In this document: positions 33,767-43,458 of the stretch, piece after piece
Layout of the letters: every line of letters begins with the position of its first letter
Numbering within the stretch: position 1 is the first letter of the stretch
From: an uncultured Gammaproteobacteria bacterium
GTDB lineage: Bacteria; Patescibacteriota; Microgenomatia; UBA1406; HO2-37-13b
Direction of reading: 5' to 3'
NCBI GenBank assembly: GCA_964413645.1
Contig: CAYPSA010000001.1
Coordinates: 159,129 to 223,128 of the forward strand
Length of the DNA stretch: 64,000 nt
The notes under the pieces: model-generated
The model's database searches: none
Told to the model about the DNA's origin: nothing
The model's input: only the letters and a program-made list of their open reading frames with translations
Made by a program: the position numbers and the translations under genes

Positions 33767-35437
33767 GTGAAAAAGAAATATATCTTCGTTTCAGGTGGCG
33801 TCATTTCTGGCCTTGGAAAAGGAATTTCAACCGCCTCTATCGCTCTTTTACTCAAGAATTCTGGTTACAAAGTAACTCCTATTAAATTTGAAAACTATCT
33901 TAATATCGACGCTGGCACTATTAATCCTATCGAGCATGGAGATCCTTTTTTGTGCGACGATGGCACTGAAGCCGATATGGACATGGGAACGTATGAAAAG
34001 TACTTAGATATGAACATGAGTCGGGTAAATTTTATAACGATGGGTCAAATTTACCGAGAAGTTATTGAAAAAGAACGCCGATTTGAATATATGGGGGAAG
34101 ATGTTCAGGAAGTGGTACATATAACAGGAGAAATCATTAAACGTATTGAAACCGCTCTAAGTACTACAAAATCTGACATTGCCGTTATTGAACTTGGAGG
34201 AACGGCAGGGGAATATCAGAATATATTGTATTATGAAGCATCGCGCATGCTTACTTTCCGTAACCCAGGAGATGTTATTCATGTTCACGTCAGCTATTTG
34301 CCCACTCCGCACCATTTGGGCGAACCAAAAACAAAACCCGCACAGCTTTCTGTACGCACTGTAAATTCCATGGGAATTCAACCCGACATGCTTATTGCTC
34401 GTTCCGATAAACCTATCGACGATCGTCGCAAGGAACGTTTGGCTCTTTTTTGTAATATCCACGAAGAAGATGTAATTTCAAGCTACGATGTTCCTAATGT
34501 GTACCAAATTCCTATGATTATGGAAAAACAACATATTACTGAACGTATTTGTAAAAAACTGGGAATTCCCTATAAAAAGCCCAATATGACCAAATGGAAT
34601 GCAATGGTTGAACGCATTCTAGCAAAGAAAAAAAAGAGTATTACGATTGCAATTGTCGGCAAATATTTCTCAACAGGCGATTATCAACTAAAAGATTCGT
34701 ATGCCGCTCTTTTTGATGCTATTGACCATGCTTCCGTTCCAAACGATGTTGCCGTTGAAATCAAATGGGTAAGTGCAGAAAAGATTGAAAAAGAAGGTCC
34801 AGAAAAGTATCTTATCGGAGTTGATGGAATAATTGTTCCTATTGGATGGGGTAAACGTGGTGCGCAAGGCATGATTACCGCTGCGTCCTATGCACGCAAA
34901 CACAAAATTCCATACTTAGGACTATGTTATGGTATGCAGTTGGCTGCTGTAGCGTTCGCCCGCGATGTTCTTAAACTTTCAAGTGCTAATACTTTTGAAA
35001 ATGAGCCAAAAGGCAAACATTCGGTTATTCATTTAATTCCTTCACAAGCCGATATTATTAAACGAAGAGCATATGGTGGAACGATGCGATTAGGTTCATG
35101 GGAAGCAAAAATCGATAAAAGCTCGTACGCCTATAAAATATACAATAAGTATGATGGTCTAACTGACAAGGCGAAAGGCATCATATGGGAACGACATCGC
35201 CATCGCTATGAGTTCAACGATGAATATGCTGATCAATTTGAAAAGGCAGGCATGCACATTAGTGCTCGATCTACCGTAGAGAGTTTGGCTGAGATCATAG
35301 AACTTGATCCCAAAACTCACCCTTTCTACATTGGAATCCAAGGACACCCAGAATATAAGAGCCGTCCGCTCTCGCCACACCCACTTTTTCTGGGTTTTAT
35401 AAAAGCTTGTATTGATAGCCAAAAAATGGTAAAATAA
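33767..35437 (+). CDS. pyrG: CTP synthase
   Basis: GGVISGLGKG, KTKPAQ, GLCYGMQ, ERHRHRYE, QGHPE. Confidence 0.97.
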   Translation: MKKKYIFVSGGVISGLGKGISTASIALLLKNSGYKVTPIKFENYLNIDAGTINPIEHGDPFLCDDGTEADMDMGTYEKYLDMNMSRVNFITMGQIYREVIEKERRFEYMGEDVQEVVHITGEIIKRIETALSTTKSDIAVIELGGTAGEYQNILYYEASRMLTFRNPGDVIHVHVSYLPTPHHLGEPKTKPAQLSVRTVNSMGIQPDMLIARSDKPIDDRRKERLALFCNIHEEDVISSYDVPNVYQIPMIMEKQHITERICKKLGIPYKKPNMTKWNAMVERILAKKKKSITIAIVGKYFSTGDYQLKDSYAALFDAIDHASVPNDVAVEIKWVSAEKIEKEGPEKYLIGVDGIIVPIGWGKRGAQGMITAASYARKHKIPYLGLCYGMQLAAVAFARDVLKLSSANTFENEPKGKHSVIHLIPSQADIIKRRAYGGTMRLGSWEAKIDKSSYAYKIYNKYDGLTDKAKGIIWERHRHRYEFNDEYADQFEKAGMHISARSTVESLAEIIELDPKTHPFYIGIQGHPEYKSRPLSPHPLFLGFIKACIDSQKMVK

Positions 35438-35441
35438 CTCC

Positions 35442-35762
35442 ATGGCAAACGCAATTACGATAAAAGACACCACCTTAGGTATCGGCGACACAGTAAAAGT
35501 TCATTATTCGTTTAATGAAGCCGGAAAGAAAAAACTTCAAATTTTTGAAGGCATTCTGATGGCTATTAAAGGAATGAATGAAAATAAAATGTTTACGGTT
35601 CGAAAAATGACCAAAAGCAAAGTTGGAGTAGAAAGAATTTTCCCTGTAAACTCACCATTTATCGACAAAGTCGATGTAGCAAAAAAAGGTATTGTACGAC
35701 GAGCAAAAATCTATTTTATTCGTGGCATGTCGGACCGACTTATCCGAGAACGCTTAAGTTAA
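35442..35762 (+). CDS. rplS: 50S ribosomal protein L19
   Basis: GDTVKVH, QIFEG, FTVRK, GVERIFP, VRRAKIYFIR. Confidence 0.97.
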   Translation: MANAITIKDTTLGIGDTVKVHYSFNEAGKKKLQIFEGILMAIKGMNENKMFTVRKMTKSKVGVERIFPVNSPFIDKVDVAKKGIVRRAKIYFIRGMSDRLIRERLS

Positions 35763-35766
35763 GCAT

Positions 35767-36120
35767 ATGCAGTCACTTGGCGCTATTGGCGAACAAGAGG
35801 CAGCACGATATCTACAAGAACGCGATTTCCAAATTCTACATACTAATTTTCGTACCAAAATAGGCGAGCTTGATATTGTTGCACAAAAGAAAGAAACGCT
35901 TGTTTTAGTGGAAGTAAAATCGCGAATCGGAGATTTTAGAGGTAAGCCGTATGAGGCGGTAAATAAACGAAAAATTGATCATATTAAGCGAACTGGCTAC
36001 GCGTATCTTTTGGTAAACAAAATTAAGCATGCAACGCTGCGGATTGATGTTGTTTCAATTGAATATAATTCGGATTTAAGCGTCAAGAAGCTGCAACATT
36101 TCGAAAATATAACCCAGTAA
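35767..36120 (+). CDS. yraN: YraN family nuclease (UPF0102)
   Basis: G..GE..A..YL, NFR...GELDIV, VEVKSR, RIDVV. Confidence 0.92.
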   Translation: MQSLGAIGEQEAARYLQERDFQILHTNFRTKIGELDIVAQKKETLVLVEVKSRIGDFRGKPYEAVNKRKIDHIKRTGYAYLLVNKIKHATLRIDVVSIEYNSDLSVKKLQHFENITQ

Positions 36121-36192
36121 TGTAAAGCAAAATTAGATTTGTGTTTCAGGCACAAGGTGTAGCAGTTTTGTGGTAAAATATATACGTGACCT

Positions 36193-36266
36193 GGCCCCAT
36201 CGTCTAGTGGCCTAGGACGTCGGGCTTTCATCCCGAAAATCGCGGGTTCGACTCCCGCTGGGGTCA
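36193..36266 (+). tRNA. tRNA-Glu(TTC)
   Basis: GGCCCCA/TGGGGTC stem, anticodon loop CT-TTC-AT, T-loop TTCGACT; TGGTAAAAT box at 36171-36179. Confidence 0.95.
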
Positions 36267-36417
36267 CAACGTATCACTGAGAAGCACTTAGGCTGCTGAA
36301 TATAGCACGAGCAGACAGTTACTCCTTTTTTCCCCATTCCATTCTTCTGGTAATTACATTACCATGTAGTGCAAATGTATCTTAAAAGATTATTTCGTAC
36401 GAAAGGGGGTGAAAAAT

Positions 36418-37245
36418 ATGAATATTAAAAAAACTTTCGTTGGAAGTATGGCAAGTGCTGGGGCATTTTTTATTGTAGCCGCATCAGTTTTTGCTGCAGG
36501 CACAGTGATGATTTCTGGTAACACTACATCAGTCGAGAATACATCCGGATGGATGTTTGGCCGAGACCCTGGCAACTATACACCGCATGAATTTAACACA
36601 AATCAAGCAAGTATAGGTCAGGGAAGTTTATATGTATTACCAATAGGCACACCTGCTGCTGCTAAATTCATTGGTGAGAATTTTATTAATACAGCAATTG
36701 CCAATGTTAATACAATCTCTTACGACTTTATGATTGGGTCGGGTGGTACTGTCGCCGATGCAAACCATTTTTACATGAATGTATATGCGAATTTTGGCGT
36801 GTCGCCTGATAATAAGTTCTATGATTGTCGATACAATGTTGTGCCGACAACCGGATCTGTATCTGGCTTTACAACAGTAACTTTTGATCCAACACAAGCG
36901 TATCCGGTTGCAAAAAGTGGGTCATCCCCATTTACTACCTGCCCTGCGGTACCAGCAGATATGGATCTACAAAGCGCGGGTTCAAATATACGAGCCTTTG
37001 CCCTTAATGTAGGTGACACATCTGTAAACGATCTGGGTCTTGATGGCTATCTAGACAATGTTGTTGTAAACCTCAATGGAGATGTTACAACATACGATTT
37101 TGAACCAATACTTTCACCCTCAACCAAGGATGATTGTAAGTCTGGTGGATGGATGATATTTAACACTCCTGTCTTCAAGAACCAAGGAGACTGTGTAAGC
37201 TACGTGCAAAGTAGTGAAAAAGCTGTCGGTAATAAATCAAAGTGA
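36418..37245 (+). CDS. Secreted hypothetical protein with C-terminal CKxGGW...FKNQGDCVS motif
   Basis: Signal peptide ending VFA; Shine-Dalgarno-like GAAAGGGGGTGA upstream of ATG 36418. Confidence 0.75.
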   Translation: MNIKKTFVGSMASAGAFFIVAASVFAAGTVMISGNTTSVENTSGWMFGRDPGNYTPHEFNTNQASIGQGSLYVLPIGTPAAAKFIGENFINTAIANVNTISYDFMIGSGGTVADANHFYMNVYANFGVSPDNKFYDCRYNVVPTTGSVSGFTTVTFDPTQAYPVAKSGSSPFTTCPAVPADMDLQSAGSNIRAFALNVGDTSVNDLGLDGYLDNVVVNLNGDVTTYDFEPILSPSTKDDCKSGGWMIFNTPVFKNQGDCVSYVQSSEKAVGNKSK

Positions 37246-37264
37246 TTTTTGCTGCAGTTTAGGC

Positions 37265-37294
37265 AAACAACCCGCCGTAATGGTGGGTTGTTTT
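37265..37294 (+). terminator. Intrinsic terminator
   Basis: aaacaacccgcc-gtaat-ggtgggttgttt stem-loop ending in T residues, 20 nt after the stop. Confidence 0.75.
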
Positions 37295-37367
37295 ATATAG
37301 TCAACTATAAGCCTTCATATTCTCCTATATTGTTTTACCTTACATATACCTGTATAATAGCGCTACT

Positions 37368-38621
37368 ATCGGTCTAATAAATGTACGTAAAGCAAATAAA
37401 ATTCAACAACAGCAATACGCGGCTCGGACAGGATTTGTCGTAGACATTCAGAAAATCGGAAAGAACACCAAGCTTATCGCAACCCGTCAGGTAAAGAAAC
37501 ACAAAAAGATTCGCCCAGGAGTATGGCTTTCCCGAAAATCACATACGTTTGCAGATGGTAATTTTACCAATATCTACGATCTATATTGGAATTCCAAAAA
37601 TACGAGTGTTTTTCCACACATTCATTCAGCAAACTCTACCTACACGCTCTTCGATCAAGTTACCAATGATCAATCAATTCTAGGAGTAATTAACGGATCG
37701 TACTTTTTCCTAGCCGATATTGCAGATCGGCGACCGCATGACCCAACGCTTAACTTTTGTATTCGTGATTACATCCTTATTGGGCTTCCTTCCAGCGATG
37801 AACCAATCTTATATAATCGAAACGGTAAATTGTATACTCGAAATATACGCGCGCGAGGCATGCTTAAAATTGGAAATATTTCCACTTCCTGGATCGGTGA
37901 AAAAAGCAAATTGCGTAAGAATAACCCATTGGCGGCTGTTTTGTACAATTCAAATTCCGCAACTATGCTCCTTGAGCGCCATCCAGTAACGGGTGTAGCA
38001 ATTGATATTTTAGATAGCGTCAATATAACCACTCCTACTGCCGAACATGCAACCGACTTACTTATTGCACACGATTCAGAAAACAGACTTATTGTTAAAG
38101 GTATTATAAAAGGTGGAGGATCACATTTTTTTGAGGGAGTCTTTACGCTTCAGATTACCGGAAATGCAGATTGTTATAATGTGGGCGATATTGTTGAGCC
38201 GGTAACTCTAGACGGATTAAAAATACATGGTATTACAGCTGGAATTTCCATTGGACGACAAATTGTACAGCCATCAAAAAAAACACATTCCGAGTCATTT
38301 ATCCGACACGCTCGATCAGTTATAGCGAAAGATACTAATAACCAAATTCATTTTATAGTATTCGATGGATCTAAATATATTCCTGGATTTAAGGGAGTAT
38401 CAATTAGCGATATTTACTCATATTTTGCACCAAAAAAGTTCAAATGGGCATATTTTTTAGATGGTGGCGGATCATCGCGAATAATTTTAAAAAAGGATGA
38501 TGCATACAAATTTTACGCGAATGAATTTGCATTTCGAAAAATGGATGATGGAAAACACCTATGGGATTGGCAAAACGCACGACAAATTGCTTCATCGATA
38601 TCGTTACGTATACAGAATTAA
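37368..38621 (+). CDS. Phosphodiester glycosidase (NAGPA-like) family protein; start uncertain, possibly a pseudogene
   Basis: ARSVIA...FIVFDG...GVSI...AYFLDGGGSS; frame open from 37311 with GVINGSYFF upstream of the first canonical start (TTG 37830). Confidence 0.65.
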   Translation: MGLINVRKANKIQQQQYAARTGFVVDIQKIGKNTKLIATRQVKKHKKIRPGVWLSRKSHTFADGNFTNIYDLYWNSKNTSVFPHIHSANSTYTLFDQVTNDQSILGVINGSYFFLADIADRRPHDPTLNFCIRDYILIGLPSSDEPILYNRNGKLYTRNIRARGMLKIGNISTSWIGEKSKLRKNNPLAAVLYNSNSATMLLERHPVTGVAIDILDSVNITTPTAEHATDLLIAHDSENRLIVKGIIKGGGSHFFEGVFTLQITGNADCYNVGDIVEPVTLDGLKIHGITAGISIGRQIVQPSKKTHSESFIRHARSVIAKDTNNQIHFIVFDGSKYIPGFKGVSISDIYSYFAPKKFKWAYFLDGGGSSRIILKKDDAYKFYANEFAFRKMDDGKHLWDWQNARQIASSISLRIQN

Positions 38622-38631
38622 GACTCATTTT

Positions 38632-38660
38632 TTGACAAGAAGCCCATAGTACGGTATACT
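38632..38660 (+). promoter_or_regulatory. Sigma70 promoter
   Basis: TTGACA-17 nt-TATACT, 8 nt before ATG 38669. Confidence 0.8.
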
Positions 38661-38668
38661 AAGGTTTT

Positions 38669-39325
38669 ATGTTATATCAAGAAGGTTCTATTAGATTTGG
38701 AGGAGACGCAAATCTTGGTCCTTTACGCAAACTTGTTAGCTTGCTGGGAGCGAGTCGAGATAGTCGCGCATTAGAAACTGTTGAGATGCCGTATTTCTCA
38801 GGAGAAGCGATGGGGTGGCTTGTTGAGAATCAATATACCGTTGTATATTTGAACGGAGATACCATAGAAGAAAGTATGAAAAAGGGCCTAGTGGTCGAAC
38901 AAGATTCATTAAGAATTACCAAGGAATTAGCTCATCAGCATGCACGTAGAACACAAGTAGCAATACGTACATCAAATCCATTTATTAAATCAACGGGAGA
39001 TAATACCTACCAAGGACATCTGATGCATTTGGAGCAGTACAATTATTATCTTGCAAGCGAGGTGTCGGGGATACAAGCAGCCCTAGGCTCAGTTGCCGAT
39101 TACGCAGAATTCATACGACAATTACGTGCAGAACGAAACGTCATGTTATTCGGTTCAGAGAACAGTTTTAGATCAACTCAAACTTCTACTATTTTGCAAG
39201 ACGGATCTGTAGCGACTATAGGATGTTATTGCGATGCTTATGGTTTATGCGTCAATTCCAATCCAATGACAGGTACCAGACATGACACATATATAGCGCC
39301 AATAATCGTGCCTACTTCGCGATGA
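38669..39325 (+). CDS. Hypothetical protein
   Basis: 218-aa ORF with its own consensus promoter; no motif recognised. Confidence 0.65.
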   Translation: MLYQEGSIRFGGDANLGPLRKLVSLLGASRDSRALETVEMPYFSGEAMGWLVENQYTVVYLNGDTIEESMKKGLVVEQDSLRITKELAHQHARRTQVAIRTSNPFIKSTGDNTYQGHLMHLEQYNYYLASEVSGIQAALGSVADYAEFIRQLRAERNVMLFGSENSFRSTQTSTILQDGSVATIGCYCDAYGLCVNSNPMTGTRHDTYIAPIIVPTSR

Positions 39326-39368
39326 TCTTCTTAATCATTTACTTGCGTTTTCACGATATAATATACAT

Positions 39369-39866
39369 ATGACAACCTGGGCTCATGGATTACTCGCATT
39401 TTCTATCTATCGACCATTTAAGAAGCTCAGTTGGAAAAAGGCTGTATGGTGGGCCATGTTTCCTGATTTTATATGGCTCATTCCGCTTGGTATCTACCTT
39501 CTTTTTAATCGAGGAGTATCTATTACCGACCTTTCGCACGCGCCTGGTTTCTTTTACCATTTATACGGAGTAGGACATAGTCTCATTTTAAGTTTCTTAG
39601 TAATAGCACTTGTACGATATAAAACAAAAAAATTCCCTCATGAAATGCTTGCGTGGCCATTTATTCATATACTCATGGATATCCCAGGACACACAAGGTT
39701 TTTAACACCATTTTTATATCCTGTTTCAAAGTTTACTGTTCATGGTTTGTTTGAGTGGTGGCATCCTTTGTGGTTCACGCTTTCATGGCTTGTACCTGTC
39801 GTAATAATTGCTAGTACGTGGGTCTATGAAAAAATGAAGGCGCCAAAGCCTCCAAAGTCGGTATAA
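39369..39866 (+). CDS. Membrane-bound metal-dependent hydrolase (YdjM-like)
   Basis: H near N-terminus, FPD, GHSL, HILMD, FLYP pattern. Confidence 0.7.
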   Translation: MTTWAHGLLAFSIYRPFKKLSWKKAVWWAMFPDFIWLIPLGIYLLFNRGVSITDLSHAPGFFYHLYGVGHSLILSFLVIALVRYKTKKFPHEMLAWPFIHILMDIPGHTRFLTPFLYPVSKFTVHGLFEWWHPLWFTLSWLVPVVIIASTWVYEKMKAPKPPKSV

Positions 39867-39873
39867 TGGGTGC

Positions 39874-40551
39874 ATGATTACCGTGTTGTATGGAGAAAAT
39901 AATGCAGATTCACGGAATAAGTTTGTTGCTTTACGACAAGACTACATAGCGAAAGACTTTGAAATTATTGAGCTAACTCCCGAAGTTCTTCCTGAACTAG
40001 ATAAATGGCTATTTGATACACAACTGCTATTTGCTCCAAAAAGAGCGTTTTTCGGACAGAATTTACTAAGTAAAAAAGAACAACGAGAAATTTTAAAAAA
40101 ATATGACAATTCCAGTGTAGAAGCACACTTCGTCCTTTGGGAGGAAAGTATTGATGATAAAACTGCTAAGTATGCTTTTACTAACGCTCAATTAGTTCCA
40201 TTTAAATATCCGCAAAATATTTTTCAGCTGCTTGACGGTTTGTATCCTGGAAATAAGGAGGCCTCACTCTCACTCTTGTCGAGTGTATCTGCATCAGTCG
40301 ATGAAAACATAATCTACTTTATGCTTGTTAAGCGTGCTCGGGAGTTGTTGCTTCTCAAAGAGAATCAAGAAATTCCAAAGCTAGCTGGCTGGCAAAAAAC
40401 ACGACTTGTAAATCAAGCTAATAAATGGCCTCTTGAAAAATTATGTAATTTCTACGATGCACTGTATAGAATTGAAGTACTTAATAAAACAAGTGGCAAA
40501 GCGTATTCGCTTAAAAAAGCCCTTGATATTTTGTTTATATATTCGCTATGA
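39874..40551 (+). CDS. holA: DNA polymerase III delta subunit-like (short form)
   Basis: ITVLYGEN, LFAPKR, IFQLLD, C-terminal 'IEVLNKTSG' collar pattern. Confidence 0.7.
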   Translation: MITVLYGENNADSRNKFVALRQDYIAKDFEIIELTPEVLPELDKWLFDTQLLFAPKRAFFGQNLLSKKEQREILKKYDNSSVEAHFVLWEESIDDKTAKYAFTNAQLVPFKYPQNIFQLLDGLYPGNKEASLSLLSSVSASVDENIIYFMLVKRARELLLLKENQEIPKLAGWQKTRLVNQANKWPLEKLCNFYDALYRIEVLNKTSGKAYSLKKALDILFIYSL

Positions 40552-40566
40552 TAGTGGTTATCGCTT

Positions 40567-42678
40567 ATGGATACGCTGGAATTAATTAAATCAGGATTCA
40601 CTTCACTTAAGGTTGATGATTCATACAAACAAAAGGCACTTTCGTTCATTTCCGATTGGCTTACAAAGCCTGAATTTGTTGAATACGTTCCTCAAATAGA
40701 GTATTTAGCCAAAGATGGAAAATTCGATGAATTGCTTGATTCTTTTTATCAAATAATTCCATTCGGAACGGGTGGACGTCGTGGATTGGTTGGTATTGGA
40801 CCTAATCGAATCAATACATGGACAATTCAGGCATCTGCTCAAGGTCACAGCCAATACTTGATTAAAAAATTTGGTGAAGATGCCAAAACACGCGGAGTTG
40901 TTATTACATACGACGTACGGAAATATTTGAAAGAGGGAATTTACGATTCTTCTATTCCAAACCCGGTGTGGCAATTAAGCTGTAAAGATTTGGCAGAATC
41001 AGCGGCAAAAGTATATGCTGCAAACGGGGTAAAAGTATATTTGTTTACCACATTCTCGTCTACTCCCGAACTCTCATTTGCCGTTCGTCGAGCCAATGCA
41101 GTCGGAGGCGATATGATAAGCGCAAGTCATAATCCACCAGAATTTAATGGAAAAAAAGTCGTCGATGAAACAGGTGGACAATTATTACCTCCGGGCGATC
41201 AAGAACTGGTAGATGTTGTGGTAAATGAGGTAACAGAAATCAAGGTAGCAGATTTTGATGAAGCTGTTAAAAATGGCCTCATTCATTATTTTTCAGGCGC
41301 AGATCACGAGGCATATCTACAGGCAGCTTCCGGAGTGTCGCTTAACAAAGCGTATCGATCAGCAAAAATCCTATTTAGTCCATTTCACGGTACGTCGTCT
41401 CAATCGGTTTACCCCGTTTTACAACGTCTCGGATTTGATGTGACTATGGACGATGAATCAGGCAAGGAAGATGCGGCATTTTCATCAATTACATTCAATA
41501 TTCCAAATCCTGAAGTTCAAGAAGCATATCAGAACCTAATAGGCCCCGCAGATTCAATTGGCGCAGACATTATTTTAACTACAGACCCCGATGGCGATCG
41601 TATTGGGCTCATGACCAAAGAAGGTGATGGTTGGCATTTTTTCAATGGAAACGAAATTATGGCAATTGTGGTCGGATACATGCTTTCAGAACTTAAAAAT
41701 GAAGGCAAATTAAAGCCAAGCAATGTTATTGTTAAAACACTCGTCACCTCAAATCTCATAACCGCCATAGCTAAAAAATACGACGTGCAAGTCATCGGAG
41801 ACTTGCTAGTTGGCATAAAATATATTGCCTACGAAATGAACAAGCTTGAAAAAGAGGGTCGAATTAGCGACTTTTTGCTAGGTGGAGAAGAAAGTCATGG
41901 CATGGTAAGCGGCAATTACGTGCGTGATAAAGATTCATGTGTTGCAGCAATTCTACTGTCGGAAGCTGCAAGTATGTGTAAAGATCGGGGTATCACACTT
42001 CCGACATATCTAAAAGAAATATATGCCACGTTTGGATATTTTAGAAACTATCTCACAGAAATCCGACTTCCTGGTGCAGAAGGAATGACAAACATGGCAA
42101 AAATACAATCGATATTACGAGCAGATAAACCTAAAATGTTTGGCACGTTTGAAATCGCATCAATGCGCGATATGTGGGACGGTGAGCCATTTTTGTCTGA
42201 AACAGACAAAGTTTCTCGAAACATGCTTGTTTATATGTTAAAGCCAAAAGATCCAGAAACCGTTCATATTCAAGTAACTATTCGACCATCAGGCACAGAA
42301 CCTAAAACAAAAATGTATGTTGAGATCGGTAGAAAGCCAGTTTCTATAGAAAATATTAGCAGTGATATGGCTGCTGCCGATGTTGTTCGTGGAGAAGTAG
42401 AAAAAGCAGTCATAATTGACCTATATAAGATTCTCGGCATTGATTTCCCTGAGCGTGGATTTTTATTGTTTTGGCAACTATCAGCAACCGATAAATTAAA
42501 ATATTTTGATATTGAACCACAAATTGAAGCCTTAAGCTCAGTAACAGATACTAAAGAACGTCAACAAAAACTCGATGAATTACTCAAGTTCCTAGGATCA
42601 AACCCTGTACAAAAAGTAGATAAAGCATTTGAAAAGAAGAACGGCAAGGGAATTAGAGCATATCTACAGCTTACTTAA
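40567..42678 (+). CDS. Phosphoglucomutase/phosphomannomutase
   Basis: FGTGGRRG, SASHNP, DPDGDR, GEES, RPSGTEPK. Confidence 0.95.
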   Translation: MDTLELIKSGFTSLKVDDSYKQKALSFISDWLTKPEFVEYVPQIEYLAKDGKFDELLDSFYQIIPFGTGGRRGLVGIGPNRINTWTIQASAQGHSQYLIKKFGEDAKTRGVVITYDVRKYLKEGIYDSSIPNPVWQLSCKDLAESAAKVYAANGVKVYLFTTFSSTPELSFAVRRANAVGGDMISASHNPPEFNGKKVVDETGGQLLPPGDQELVDVVVNEVTEIKVADFDEAVKNGLIHYFSGADHEAYLQAASGVSLNKAYRSAKILFSPFHGTSSQSVYPVLQRLGFDVTMDDESGKEDAAFSSITFNIPNPEVQEAYQNLIGPADSIGADIILTTDPDGDRIGLMTKEGDGWHFFNGNEIMAIVVGYMLSELKNEGKLKPSNVIVKTLVTSNLITAIAKKYDVQVIGDLLVGIKYIAYEMNKLEKEGRISDFLLGGEESHGMVSGNYVRDKDSCVAAILLSEAASMCKDRGITLPTYLKEIYATFGYFRNYLTEIRLPGAEGMTNMAKIQSILRADKPKMFGTFEIASMRDMWDGEPFLSETDKVSRNMLVYMLKPKDPETVHIQVTIRPSGTEPKTKMYVEIGRKPVSIENISSDMAAADVVRGEVEKAVIIDLYKILGIDFPERGFLLFWQLSATDKLKYFDIEPQIEALSSVTDTKERQQKLDELLKFLGSNPVQKVDKAFEKKNGKGIRAYLQLT

Positions 42679-42681
42679 CGT

Positions 42682-43458
42682 ATGGACATCTCCAGCGCGC
42701 AACTTAAAACGATTGAGGATCAATGCGCGCCTATAATTCGTGAAGCAGGAAATAAAATTCGTGAAAGTTGGTACTCTATTCAGGATATACAGTATAAAAG
42801 TACTCGAGACCCGGTAACGGAAGTCGATCGAGCAGTTGAGGATTTTATCCGTAGTAAAATTCATGACCTTGTCCCTGGGGCAGGGTTTCTAGTTGAAGAG
42901 GGCACATCTGATAAGCATGAAGAATATAACTGGTCAATTGATCCCATTGATGGAACTAAATATTTTGTTCATCAAGCACCTCTTTTTGTAACGCAACTTG
43001 CTCTTCTAAAAGACGATGTACCCATTTTAGGAATTGTTTATAATCCCATTTCTGATCAGCTATTTAGCGCAAGTCAAGGGAATGGAGCAAATATGAATAG
43101 GAGCCAACTTAAGGTTGTACAGCGCATCTCATTAAATGACGCCATTGTTGATGTTGACTTTGGAGGTATAGTACCCGAAATAGCTATTAAAAACCGTATT
43201 TTTGCTACATTCTCGCAGGAATGCAATAGAATCCGTATGTTAGGGGGAGCATTTAGTATATATGCCGCAAACGGTGCGATTGATATATGTTTAGGATTTA
43301 ATCATAGTAAACTTTTCGATCGGGCGCCTCGCGACATAATTTTACGCGAAGCTGGTATGACTGTTGACTATTTGGAAAAGGAAGGATATACTGGAATTCG
43401 TCTTGCTGCTACACCGGTATTATTTGAATTAGCAGCTCAATTAATTAAATCGGCATGA
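42682..43458 (+). CDS. Inositol monophosphatase family protein
   Basis: DPVTEVD, EEG, WSIDPIDGT, FD motif. Confidence 0.9.
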   Translation: MDISSAQLKTIEDQCAPIIREAGNKIRESWYSIQDIQYKSTRDPVTEVDRAVEDFIRSKIHDLVPGAGFLVEEGTSDKHEEYNWSIDPIDGTKYFVHQAPLFVTQLALLKDDVPILGIVYNPISDQLFSASQGNGANMNRSQLKVVQRISLNDAIVDVDFGGIVPEIAIKNRIFATFSQECNRIRMLGGAFSIYAANGAIDICLGFNHSKLFDRAPRDIILREAGMTVDYLEKEGYTGIRLAATPVLFELAAQLIKSA

